Below are positions 13,981 to 25,638 of a DNA stretch of 64,000 nucleotides, one piece after another. Location: assembly GCA_024704765.1 (NCBI GenBank), contig JAKMXF010000357.1, positions 82,678-146,677 of the forward strand. Direction: 5' to 3'. This DNA is from Oopsacas minuta (lineage: Eukaryota > Animalia > Porifera). The translations under genes and the position numbers were made by a program. The notes below the pieces were generated by a model. It saw nothing but the letters and a program-made list of their open reading frames with translations, was not told where the DNA came from and ran no database searches. Within the stretch, counting starts at the first letter, position 1, and every line of letters begins with the position of its first letter.

Positions 13981-15360
13981 CACAGTGGGCTATTATTGCG
14001 AATTACTAGTATTAGGGTTTTACGCGTTCAATTTTAGAGATAGGCTTATAAAATACATTATTACTGTATAGTAAGTCGACTATTGCAGTTCTTTTGTTGA
14101 TTTCAATTTTGTTGTATCACATCAGGTTTTCAATATATGACGTAATCTTAATTACCATATACAGTAATACAGAAATCTAGATATACACTAAACTGAGATG
14201 TATTAAAAGAAATAGAATATGAATATATTATGGCTATGGTAACTGAAGAATAACTAAAATAAGAATATCTTACTGACGAATTAATGTTAAATGCAAGAAG
14301 AGTTCATCTATGGAATTTTGAAGGAAAGAATCTTAATTATCAATATTATTTGTAACGTTTTCACCTTGCCTGTTTTTTACACAATTCTTTTGATGGCCTA
14401 CTTGACCACAGGTGGAACAAATGATGATCCTTCTGAATTTTTCATTCAGAATTGGACAACCATAGATGTAGAGTCTCATTGCAACTTCACTTAACCCACT
14501 TAGAAAATCTGATCTCCTGCTTAAATGTGTTGAGAACTCTCGGATCAACTTATGTCCTTGTTCTAACCCTTCTTCAGAAAGACTACACAATCCTACCCTG
14601 TCATTTCTCTCAATTAACTCATGAGCATGAGCCAAGAATTTGTGGAGTGTATTGCTATTAGATACCCAGGGAAAGGTTTGTAAGATTAGTATGTAGGTTT
14701 CTTGACTTACACACGAAATCTGTCTACATCGACAACTTCATTACTATCAGCAACTCTGAGCAATGCAGATAGATTTCTGTGAATCTCTGTCAGAGCATCT
14801 CCATAAACATTGGTACAAACGATAAAGAGATCCTAAAACACTGTTTTTTATATGAAAAAAATGTTCTTGCCATGTTACCAGTGCTTGTGTTCCCACTTCC
14901 TCCTGGTTGGTGGAATAATAAGTTCGTAAGCACATGGATACGCTTGCATACTAAACCTCGATAATCTCACACCATTTGATCTTCAGTCCACTTGGACTTT
15001 CCTGCTGCAATTCGGTAGATGAGGTTCAAAAACCAATCTAAAATCCTTAGGTAAGAATGTAAAGGTGCTGCAGGAAATACATCAATTCTACTTGCAGGTT
15101 CGTGTGTAATTCCACACCGTTGCTTTGTATTGTAGCTCATCAGCTCTTTTCTATCAGAGGTTAACTGACCGATTGTCTCTTTGATATCCTCTATCGAACC
15201 ATCTAAAGGAAACCCGCAAACAACTTCGTAATGCTCTTGATATCACTTCGGGTTGCTTTGCAGGCAATACATGGCGCTCCTCCTTTACCTGTTATTGTTG
15301 CTAAGGTTTTTCCGTCAAACATTGAAGCTTTAACTTCCACTGGAACCTGACCATTTAGGT

Positions 15361-17685
15361 CAGGCTTGTCCAACCTTTTTTGTTCGCGGGCCAAATGAGG
15401 GCTTCTTTATCTACTTGTTGGCCGCACGACATTGGATATATCAAGGTAGCATGATGTTATTTATTTGGGGATGGCGTTAATACGGATTATTTCAGAATTG
15501 AAAAATCACTATATGTATTATTTAATTATAGTAAACTTTAATGATAAAGAACATATCTAATGGGATATCTGACTTTGTTTTTGTTTACACAAAGAGTCAA
15601 TATCTGCTCGTACACTTGATATCGCAATCCGTAATATTCCTGATAGATGAGTGTCTGTCAGGAGTGATCTAGACTTGCTTTTAACATTTTTCATCATTGA
15701 GAAAAGCTGTTCACAGCAATACGTGCTGCCAAATAAGGAAAGGAACCTAAGGGCGTGTTGCGATAAATTAGGAAATAGATCCGATGTAACATATTGACCA
15801 TAAAATGTCAGAAGGTCATGCTCTGCAAAAGCTCTCTTTCTCTCCGAGTTATTTTGTATTTCAATTAGTTCCAGTTGGAACATTTCAGGAGCATTAGTGG
15901 CATCAGTTCCAAACGGATCTGCAAACAACTCCATTTCATCGAATTTGTCACTAAAATCAGAAAATCTTAGTTTAAATTCATCGATTAAGCTGTTGATCAG
16001 TGCAGAATACTTATCATGATTCACTGTCTCACTTTTTCTTGAAGATAATGTTGAGAAATGTACCACCTTTTTCAAAATAAATTGTTGGTGGAATAATTGT
16101 AATTTGTTGATGAACGCTTTGACATGCTCATACAGGTTGTTAACGAATTGTTTTCTTCCTTGTAGTTTCAGATTTAAATCTGCGAGATACTTAGTTATGT
16201 CAACTAGAAATGCGAGATCATTCAACCACTGATCATCATCCAGAAAGCTCACATCCTTTCCCTTAATGGTCATGAATGTTTTTATTTCTTCAAGTAGTGA
16301 CCAGTATCTGGCTAGAGTGGACGCTCTGCTGAGCCAGCGAACTTGGCTAAAGTAAATAACATCGTTATAGTCTGATCCTATCTCTGCAAGAAACACTTGG
16401 AATTGTCTGTGATTGAGTCCCTTCGACCTTATGAAATTGACTGTATTGACGACATTTTCCATCACATGTTTCATATCTAAGGTTTTTGTACAAAGTTGTT
16501 CTTGATGAATAATGCAGTGGTATGCCATAACAGGAGAGGTCATTGATTTGAGCATAAGGCTAACAAAGCTTTATGCTTTCCTGTCATCGCAGGGGCTCCA
16601 TCGGTTGTTAAACCACTTAGTTTTTCATCTGCAAGTTTGAATTTCATAAACACATGTTTTACTACATTGAAAATATCTTGCCCAGTAGTTGTGCCTTTCA
16701 TTGGACATAAGTCGAGCAGTTCTTCGATTATTTCGAAATTTTCTGTGACACCACGTACAAAGATTGCCAGTTGAGCTGTGTCGCTAACATCGGTACTTTC
16801 ATCAAGGGCCAAGCTGTAAAATTTGCAAGCATTGAGTCGTTTAATTAGTGAAATTTCAATGTTGGATGATAAATCATCTACTCTTCTAGCAACAGTTTGA
16901 TGTGACAGACTGATGCTCTCTACTATCGACTTCTTATTTGGGCATGCCACAGATGTAAATATGTCTAAGCAGTCTTTTACAAATTCCCCTTCAGACAATG
17001 GTTTTCCACTCTTGGCTATCGCTTCTGTTATCAGAAAGCTGATCTTTGTTGCTGTCTCAGAACTTAATTTAACGGCTTTGAAGAAAGATTGTTGACTGTT
17101 GATGCTATCCTTCAACAGGTTCACCCGATCGATTCTCACCTGACCTGTAAGCGTGTCAAATGTATCTGCATGTTTAGTAGAGTAATGTCGTTTGATATTA
17201 TACTCTTTGAATACAGCTATCTTCTCCTGACATATCAAGCACAATAAGTATTCGTTGTGTTCTACGACGAAAAAATCTAATGTCCATGAGGATTTGAAAA
17301 CTCGACATTCACTATCAATTTTCCTTTTCTTTGCTTTAATCACGGGAGTTGACATATTTGTTTTGTAGTTATTTTAATATTGTTTAAGATGGTTTATTAT
17401 TTGGAATTTATATGAGCTGTTCGAGTTGAGAGAAACCCAGTTATGTGACAGATGATTACTCAATCAAAACTAAATTACAAAGTTATTTAAGGATTTTTAA
17501 GTTATTGAAATCACACTTTTCTGAAATTGGTTTCATTCAATTTGGTTTTGCAATATTGGGTTTCTCTTAATTGAGTTCGCTCAAATAGGTTTCACTCAAT
17601 TAAATATCGCCACCAACTGATAACAGTTCCCGAGCATGTTGGCGGGCCGGATTGTGGCCCGCTGGCCGTAGGTTGGACAAGCCTG
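15361..17685 (-). mobile_element. Full-length hAT (Buster/SPIN family) transposon, 2325 bp, nested in RAG1-like copy A
   Basis: Perfect 16-bp TIR CAGGCTTGTCCAACCT. Perfect 8-bp TSD ATTTAGGT at 15353-15360 and 17686-17693. Confidence 0.97.
15557..17355 (-). pseudogene. hAT transposase of about 600 aa, split by one frameshift near 16569
   Basis: ORFs 16540-17355 and 15557-16555 join as KHKGFVSLMLKS if one G is restored. Motifs: Zn finger CLIC..RHY..KH, LALDESTD, TTDGAPAM, HCIIH, RWLS, CCEQLFS. Confidence 0.93.
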
Positions 17686-19468
17686 ATTTAGGTGATCAAA
17701 ACGATTCTCATTTAGTGAAACAATTTCAGGGTTTAGTAACTTGCTCAATTCTATCACAGTGTCAATAGTCTCCTTTTGGCAAATTGGTGCTACTGGTTGG
17801 TTTGAAAAACAGGAGTTAGGATGCCGATTTTCCCACAGAACAATCCCGAATCGATCTATTACCTAACCATGAAGACAATATAATTTCGTCGGTCTATATT
17901 CAAGTCTGGCAATAACCCAGGAGATGAATGAGATCCAGAACCATCCAGTCCATGCTTGATTTTGAGTGTTAATAGATAGAAGTGTGGTGCAGGAAAATTT
18001 AGCACACACTCTTTTAACAACCGGTCAAAGAGAGAAATTACATGTGATGAGTAAGATTTATAGACCCCTATAGCATTGGAAACATTTGGATACCAGTCGA
18101 ATGTTGAACAATTGATTTTCTAATTTCACTAATTTTTTCCCAAGTTGCCAAAACGAGGCCTTCTGATTGGAGATAATATTTAAGATATCTCCATTTTCCT
18201 TTCCTAAGCATAAGTTGATATGCTAAGAATGTTGATTTTTCTGGTGAAACTATGTTACTGAGGGCTGGTATCAATTCTTCGTTATAGATTTCCAAGCGAT
18301 ATTTGCGATGCCTTTAAAACCAATTTGTTCTACAGCTACAATATACAAGAGGAGAGCAACGTAGCGAATAACAGAAATATTTTCAAGTTGTGCTAACTGA
18401 CGGATGGAAGTAAGTATCCCAGTCTGATCAAGCCTTATATTCTTTGAACGAACTTGAATGTCATCAATTGATTTTCTCCTCTCTACATTTGGAACCAATA
18501 TAACACCGCTTTCTACATTACAGCCTGAAACAGAAAGGGATGATTGGGTGATCTTAGGTTTAACAGTCCATGGAATACTTGCATTCCACACTCACCATCT
18601 AAGCTCTCAATAGATTTCTTACTCTTTCTGAAATTAAATGATACTTTAGACATTAGAGAGTATACAGAATGTCTCTTGTCTTCCTCGAGATTTAGTATAC
18701 GCACCACTTCATCTGCTGTTTGATTGATATCATAGTCGTGAACCTTCAATATGATAGCCAAGTCAAGACGTGTTTTGGGCTTTCAGATACTATTGTTGAT
18801 TAGAGGTTTAATAGGTTATCAAATTAATGAACTTGTATGCTATCTCGTGATGTGCAGTATATATAAATAATTATTACGTTATATTGGTGTAAAATTACCA
18901 TGTAATTACATTACATTATACCATAGCAACGTAGATGTGAGAATGGAATTTGACAATATTTAATATATTGCGCAATGAAGCGGTATTTGTACTTTTAATA
19001 TAATGGTTATATTACTTGACAAGAATACATACAAAAATTCAGGGTGGAAACTAGTGGAAACAAATTTTGCTGCCAACAGGATGGCTTATGGCTGAGAGAA
19101 ATTTCTACAAAATCTTCACAGTATTGTATACGTAATATCTGATTACTCTTTCGCTCCTGAAGAAATTCAACGATAGATTCAAATTCAACGCACTCACTTT
19201 GCTTGGAAAGCATGTAAATGAACAATAGTATGTATCATAAATTCAACAGATTACTGAAATAGCTTCAGTCATTTATATAATGTATGCATAAACATAGAAG
19301 ACAGCAATGAAGTCCTACATTTGATTGACCACAAAAATAGAAATACTTACTGTTTCATCTGATACTTTACATATCGCTTGTTGAATATCTAGAATCTAAT
19401 TCATAATTCAAAATGGTATAAATTGAAGGTAAGAATTTGGGCCTAATGTACCTTAGTAGCCCACTGTG

Positions 19469-22270
19469 CATACGCCTGACTTCAAGGCTCCGGCATGCTG
19501 ACTTGGGACACAGGATAGCTCTCGCCATGTTATCAATGAAGGTATGCTGACATCATCAGAGGATACTGCTGCTAAACTACCTAAGTTGGACAGCCTATAG
19601 CGGAAATACAGGATCAGCGTGTATGTATACTATCAGCCTCAGTTGAGACAACACTCTGGGAGAGTTGGTTCTACCTGCAAAATACCAGCGGACAGCCAAG
19701 GAAGAGCAGTGACTCTGATGCAGATGATGTACACGAATGCCTCATCTTTGAGACTAACGCAACCTCGGAATGCTGCAGCGAAGCAAGATGTGGCTAGCTG
19801 ATGACACCTTCAAGACGGTACCTCCCCTCTTGGCCCAGGTTTATGTCGTACATGGACTTGGTGGCGGTGATAATCCTATGAAGACTGTCATTCGCTGCCA
19901 GGACTATTCATCAACTGTCCAACAAGGCGAAGTATGCCTACTTGAGGATGTGAATGCAGGTCCGCATACTCTGTCCCCCTTGCTCAGCCTCAGAAGATAC
20001 ACAGAGACTTTGAGAAGGGCGCGATTTCCAGCTTTAGGGATGTCTGGCCTAATACAGTGATGAAATGCTGCTACTTCCACCTCACACAGAATATCTGGAG
20101 CCATATGCAGGCCTGCACCCTGCCTACACACATGATGAAGAGCTAGCCATGCGCATCCGGAAGATACCAGCCATAGCATTGGCCAGACAAATCTAGTATC
20201 CGATCTATTTGACCAAGTGGTAATGGACATTCCCTTACGATCGAGATAGGCGATCTAGTCCGCTACTTTGAGAGGACGTATATAGGGCACACAGTAGCGA
20301 GTAGATAGCAAATAGCGGCGATGTACCTCATTCACCTGTGGAAATACCATACCGGCATGCCCTTAGGTCTCGCTCATACAACCAACGCCGTCATAGGCTA
20401 TTCTAAGGAAATTTATGTGACCCTGTGCAGATCTATCTTTTGTGTACTGCAATTATTTTACAATAGATTGCCAAGAAATAGGATCCTACTGAACAAACTA
20501 TAGGAAAATTCGTCCCATCGAACTTCAAAATTTATAATGCGTTTTAGTCTTAAGAGGTTAATATACCACGAATTTCCAAGTTTCCCCCCTTTACCCCACC
20601 CCCAAATGTATTTTATTGCATTTTTGATAGTTCTCTATGTTACGAAGATGTGGTAAATTTTTAGAGCTCTATCTTAAATATTCTCTGAAATATTTAGATT
20701 TTGGCTGACACCCCCTAACTTGGGCCTCAAACCACCCGAACATAAGGGTGAAGTATACCCAAAAAGACACACCAGTGGTAAAAATTGATGAAATATGAAG
20801 TATTGCAGGAATAGTATCTACTATATGTGTATAACATGATGTGAAGATTTCATAGCACCTGCTTCCATAGTTTTTATGATATTTGCTCCCAAAGGTCATC
20901 TTTTCCCGTACCGTTGTATACCAGATTTTGGGTTCCTGAGGGGGGTACCATGAGATTACCTCATGAATTGCTACTGTATGAATGGGTATCAAACATACTA
21001 TATTGTACTATGAGTATAAGGGCTATTTATGCTTATTTGTAATGTAATTTGCAAACTATTTACAACAAATGGGCATTATTTTCCATAGGAAGGTGGTGTT
21101 TTTCCTTCCTCAATTTCCTAGTAACTTTTCAACTGCCATTTTCACGTCTCAAAATTCATAACTTGGCATGTATACAAGCTAGATTCAAAACTAATGGTGT
21201 GGGAGAGATCTCGTACCCTTGATAAAGGTAAGTTGAAAGGATATACAATATAAGTTGAATTTTCAAAATGTTTAGCCGGAGATAAACTGATAGACCAAGT
21301 AGAGTGAGGTATGTTTGCTCGTTGCTACATATCGAAATTCTAATCAACTTACTATTCGTTCTAGGCGATTACGATTACATATCTATGTAGATTACAGAGA
21401 TATCCTTGCTCAACGTTTCACAATATACTTTGAAAGTGTACCAGTTAAAACTATTAGATCATTCTTATATATAGTTGTTAAAATATTGTTGCATTTTTGG
21501 ATACTAGTCAATGTTCCAAAATCCTCCTAAAATCTCAAAGAGATCGAACAACTAGAACTTATCGCAGGTGTGTACATTGTTTTTCTAGCTCTTTAGTTCC
21601 AATAGCAAATGTATAGAAGAATGTTGACAACCCGCAGGCATCATCAATTAGTAAATTTACTTCATTTTGCCACTTTTCCAAATGCAATGTCTGACCTATG
21701 GACAACGTACTAAATTTTCATAAATGGAAGAATTGGATTTGAGAAATGAATGTTCGTCTTGTAATGTTTACCACAAGCAGTTGTGTTCTACAAAATTAAT
21801 ACTTTCACCAACAGTTACAATACATGTAATGCTGTCAAACAGCTCTTTCCAAGTTATGGTAAAAGATACTGCTTCCTTGATATACATTCCGGTTTTTGTA
21901 ATTGTCCTCTTTCAACATTAGACACTGTCGAAATATTTTCAGCATTGCATGATTTTGTATAAATTCTTGTAAGTTAAAAAGAATATCTACTACTTAAATA
22001 ATACACACGAAAATTAAATAATTCACACTTGAAGTTTAAACGCACTTAAATGTCTATTAATCACGCAAAAATAGTCTATGAACTCCGTAGAGACATGATA
22101 CTACAGCTTCAATGCCACAGTCGGCAACCATCACCCCACATGAAGTTCATCCTCGCCCTCAACTGTGAGGAGGGTCTAGTGGAAGTTTGGCATGCTAACT
22201 ACCTTGCTGAGGAGCCACCAACCAAGCAAAGGAGGCCTCAGCAGAGCGAGGAACGCTGAATACTAAATTC
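19469..22270 (+). pseudogene. MULE (Mutator) transposase remnant, copy 1, interrupted by the 20392-22080 insertion
   Basis: WLADDTFKTVPP..QVYVVH (DGTF motif); DFEKGAISSFRDVWPNTVMKCCYFHLTQNIW; a TNNAVE-like motif split by the insertion; resumes at 22081. Confidence 0.88.
20392..22080. mobile_element. Non-autonomous element with CATAG termini and 8-bp TSD (P-superfamily-like)
   Basis: TIRs CATAGGCTATT / AATAGTCTATG (10/11). TSD AACGCCGT (20384-20391) / AACTCCGT (22081-22088). The MULE sequence is collinear across the insertion. Confidence 0.75.
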
Positions 22271-22499
22271 GGAGAATTTATCCATCAGACCATCTAATGC
22301 GAAGTTCCATTTAAATGCACGAAATCATTTCAGCCTAAGAACGGATGTTACTCTTCCATAGTATCTAGCCCTCAAATAAATTTGATTCGATATAATACTT
22401 TAGAGATTAATATGTTAATCCGCTCCCAGACTGAAATATGTGCTACACCCTGCAACAACTCCATTTTAGTAGGACCTGGAAATAGGATTCACGAACTAG

Positions 22500-23520
22500 A
22501 GCATCCAACGCTCATCACTCGGCTGAGACCTACTCCGCTTGGTTGATGGCTTCCCTGCAAGGTAGTTAATATGCCAGACCTCCACTAGGCCCTCCTCACC
22601 CTTGAGGGCGAGGATGAACTTCCATATGGCGGGGTGATGGCATCCGACTGTGGTATTGAAGCTGTGGTGCTATGCCACTACTGCAATGGTTATACCAGGG
22701 AGACCAAAGGGCGTGCCGATGTAGTAGTTCCACAGGTGAATGAGGTACGTCGCCGATATATGGTATCTACTCGCTAATGTGTACCCTATATACGTCATCT
22801 CAAAGTAGTCGACTAGAATTCACTACAGTGTTAGGGCAGACATTCTCAAAGCTGGAAATCGCGCCCTTCTCAAAGTCTCTGTGTATCTTCTGAGGCTGAG
22901 CAAGGGGGACAGAGTATGCGGACCTGCATTCACATCCTCAAGTAGGCATACTTCGCCTTGTTGGACAGTTGATGAATAGTCCTGGCAGCGAATGACAGTC
23001 TTCATAGGATTATCACTTCCACCAAGTCCATGTACCACATAAACCTGGGCCAAGAGGGGAGGTACCGTCTTGAAGGTGTCATCAGCTAGCCACATCTTGC
23101 TTCGCTGCAGCATTCCGAGGTTGCGTTAGTCTCAAAGATGAGGCATTCGTGTACATCATCTGCATCAGAGTCACTGCTCTTCCTTGGCTGTCCGCTGGTA
23201 TTTTGCAGGTAGAACCAACTCTCCCAGAGTGTTGTCTCAACTGAGGCTGATAGTATACATACACGCTGATCCTGTATTTTCCGCTATAGGCTGTCCAACT
23301 TAGGTAGTTTAGCAGCAGTATCCTCTGATGATGTCAGCATACCTTCACTGATTACATGGTGAGAGCTATCCTGTGTCCCAAGTCAGCATCCCGGAGCCTT
23401 GACGTCAGGCATATGATGGTGCTCATTCGTACACTTCACTATCTCCATACCCTTGGTACTAATCCTTGCTTTTCACTCCACTCTCTGCTCATACTGCCAA
23501 TGTTTCATCTCTAAAACTCC
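22500..23520 (-). pseudogene. MULE transposase remnant, copy 2 (inverted relative to copy 1, with an internal deletion of about 200 bp)
   Basis: ORFs 22823-23113 and 23082-23264 are near-identical to 19770-20060 and 19619-19801. Carries the uninterrupted site GAGCACCATCATATGCCTGAC. Confidence 0.9.
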
Positions 23521-23949
23521 CCTAGATCTATATTCGCTGAAATTCATGCGCCTGTAGGCGCGTTGCATACGCCTGGATGAAATCCTGGACATACCTCATT
23601 TACGGAACTTTCCGTTCCGTTCCGTAAATTCGGTATGTCCAGAATTATGATCATATTGCTAATAATGAATCCCTGCTAATAACATCCTATTCCTGTAGGA
23701 TTTCAAATTTTTAAAGAATGACAAATAGTATGATATTACTAAAATGACAAATAATATCAATCTAGATCCAATAGCATAAATGTAGATTTTTGGATCTAGA
23801 TTGTTATTATTTGTCACTAGTATTATTTATCATATACACATTAATCGAATGTAATAGGATGTTTCTTCAAAATTTGAAATCAAAATAGGATGATATTAGC
23901 AATATGATCATAATTCTGGGGTTCCATTGTACATATTACTCATTCTCAT

Positions 23950-24005
23950 CTCGAGGCTCTGCGGGCCACACTAAGGTATTGCGGGCAGCAAGTTGGCCAC
24001 CCCTG
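23950..24005. mobile_element. Isolated hAT/Buster-type end
   Basis: GCGGGCCACA...GCGGGCAGCAAGTTGGCCACCCCTG; no partner end was found. Confidence 0.55.
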
Positions 24006-24049
24006 TGTTAGAGCTTATTGTGAGGGAGAACCTTGTTTCCTTTCGCTAA

Positions 24050-24880
24050 CCTCAATAAGCGATATTCGACAAATAGAACTATATTTGGTGAAACATCTAA
24101 ATCAACACATCCCAGTGAATCTGATATTTCTGAGACTAATGCTACCCATATATCTTCAAATATTTGAAGTTGTACGTTGTCTGAAGGTTTCAAATATTCT
24201 AAATCTATTTTCCTATCAGTCCGAATCATGTAATAATTCATTACAAGAATTTATACAGTCATTTCACCTGAAGAGAAGCTATTTTCAGATACTGATATTC
24301 ATCTTGACCCTTTCCTTAGTGCAATTTCTGATCTATCCAGCATTGAGTGTGTTCCCAAACAATTCAATCATTAGCTTTCATTGCCGGATGTGCTGCACAC
24401 CAATACCTGAAACGAAGTCTACCATGTACTTATGTCAAGATGTATTAATAATTGATAAGGATTTCCTAATTCATGAATCAACCAGATTTCAGGATAGACG
24501 GCTTGAGATTACTGATCGTGGAGGTCTAAAATATCCTTCTCAACTTGTCTCGGATTCTATAATCACTGTTTGGAATATTTTCACTGTTATCGAAGGAAAT
24601 GCAGAATTGATGAGGATATTTGTTGAAGGATCATCTAGGCAGATTCTATTGGATCTTGTGTGCTGTTGATGATGGATGTTGGAAAGAACAATGCCCCTCT
24701 TGCAAGTTAAATAGGTCATCTATTCTTCGCAAACTTGTATTCACTGAAGCGAATTGTTTAATAGGTAAGAAAGTGAAAAATTATAATTCTAAGGTAGTTT
24801 CGAAAGGATTAGAGAAACGAAAGTTGAAAAATTTAATTCTTAGTACTTTCATTGGCAGAACAGCTAACAGATCCTATATT
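24050..24880 (+). pseudogene. P-element/THAP9-like transposase C-terminal remnant
   Basis: CRMC ... ITDRGGLKYPS motif; the same motif occurs in the 30.5-31.8 kb remnant. Confidence 0.65.
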
Positions 24881-25269
24881 TAGTAATTTTCTTTTTCATC
24901 TATTTGTACTTGTAATTTGACTCAATTGCAATTTTCTTATAGTTCTATTGTTATATTGACAATTAAAATACTAATTGTTGCATTTCTGACGAAATATATT
25001 TGGACAAATATAATGATGGAAAATCCATCCCTATTTCATCCACAATTGCATCCATGGTCCCAAATTCTCTTATTTTTGGTAGACTAGGTTTGACCATATT
25101 GGCAATAAAAGAAGATATAACCATTTTCACAGTAGATCGGGGACCCCATCCCTGGTACATATTTCAATTGTTACTGTGATGCCTTATATATAGTAGGCTA
25201 TGACCTAACCAACCTGACTGAGTGATCAGGTTAACTTGGCCAACCTGACCGAGTGGTGCCATATTGGGG

Positions 25270-25416
25270 AAATTCAATGACCAAAAGTGGTCAAGTTGAA
25301 ACCTGACCAGTGGCTACGGCCCTGATTAACTATTCCAAATGTCATCCGACCTGGTCTAATAGGGCCGTAGCCACTGGGGTCGGGTTTCAACCTGACCACT
25401 TTTGGTTACTGAATTT
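25270..25416. repeat. Hairpin MITE of about 147 bp
   Basis: Arms of about 55 bp, AAATTCA.T.ACCAAAAGTGGTCA.GTTGAAACC.GAC(CC)CAGTGGCTACGGCCCT, around a 36-bp loop. Confidence 0.8.
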
Positions 25417-25638
25417 TTTAATAAGTGGTGTTATCATTGAGAAATAATTACAGCAGAAACCTACTGAATTAATAGTACAGTGGAAGCCGCTTAATCAGGT
25501 ATTTGGTAACTGGTTCCACCGGCGTTGTGTATACATTTGCACAGGGTAATGAAATAAGCTACAGTATACGACTGTACTTGCAACCTATAAGATTCGAACC
25601 CGCTGAGACTGTCTTTCGGATAATTGAGGTCATTTATA

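Larger units (their letters stand above)
14333..18761 (-). pseudogene. RAG1-core-like DDE transposase, disrupted by stops, frameshifts and the hAT insertion
   Basis: Ordered motifs: NBD-like RKSIDDIQVRSKNIRL; DDBD-like SPEKSTFLAYQLMLRKGKWRYL; KHGLDGSGSH (Asp 17943-17945); SMFDGK (Asp 15314-15316) followed by CIAC; PLHSYLR; GNTSTGNMARTFF; FPW..TLHKFLAHAHELIER; LSEEGLEQGHKLIR (Glu 14561-14563). Confidence 0.92.
13981..19468 (-). mobile_element. Full-length RAG1-like/Transib-superfamily transposon, copy A (about 3.15 kb without the nested hAT)
   Basis: Both ends read CACAGTGGGCTA. Direct repeat CATACG at 13975-13980 and 19469-19474. The empty site is present in the sister MULE copy. Contains a RAG1-core-like coding remnant. 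Confidence 0.92.

Noticed and set aside
13981-14333. RAG2-like gene convergent with RAG1-like copy A (ProtoRAG layout)
   Set aside because: Only about 350 bp lie between the transposase end and the TIR, with no kelch or PHD coding signal. The PHD gene at 41869-43586 belongs to a separate KDZ element and has no kelch repeats.
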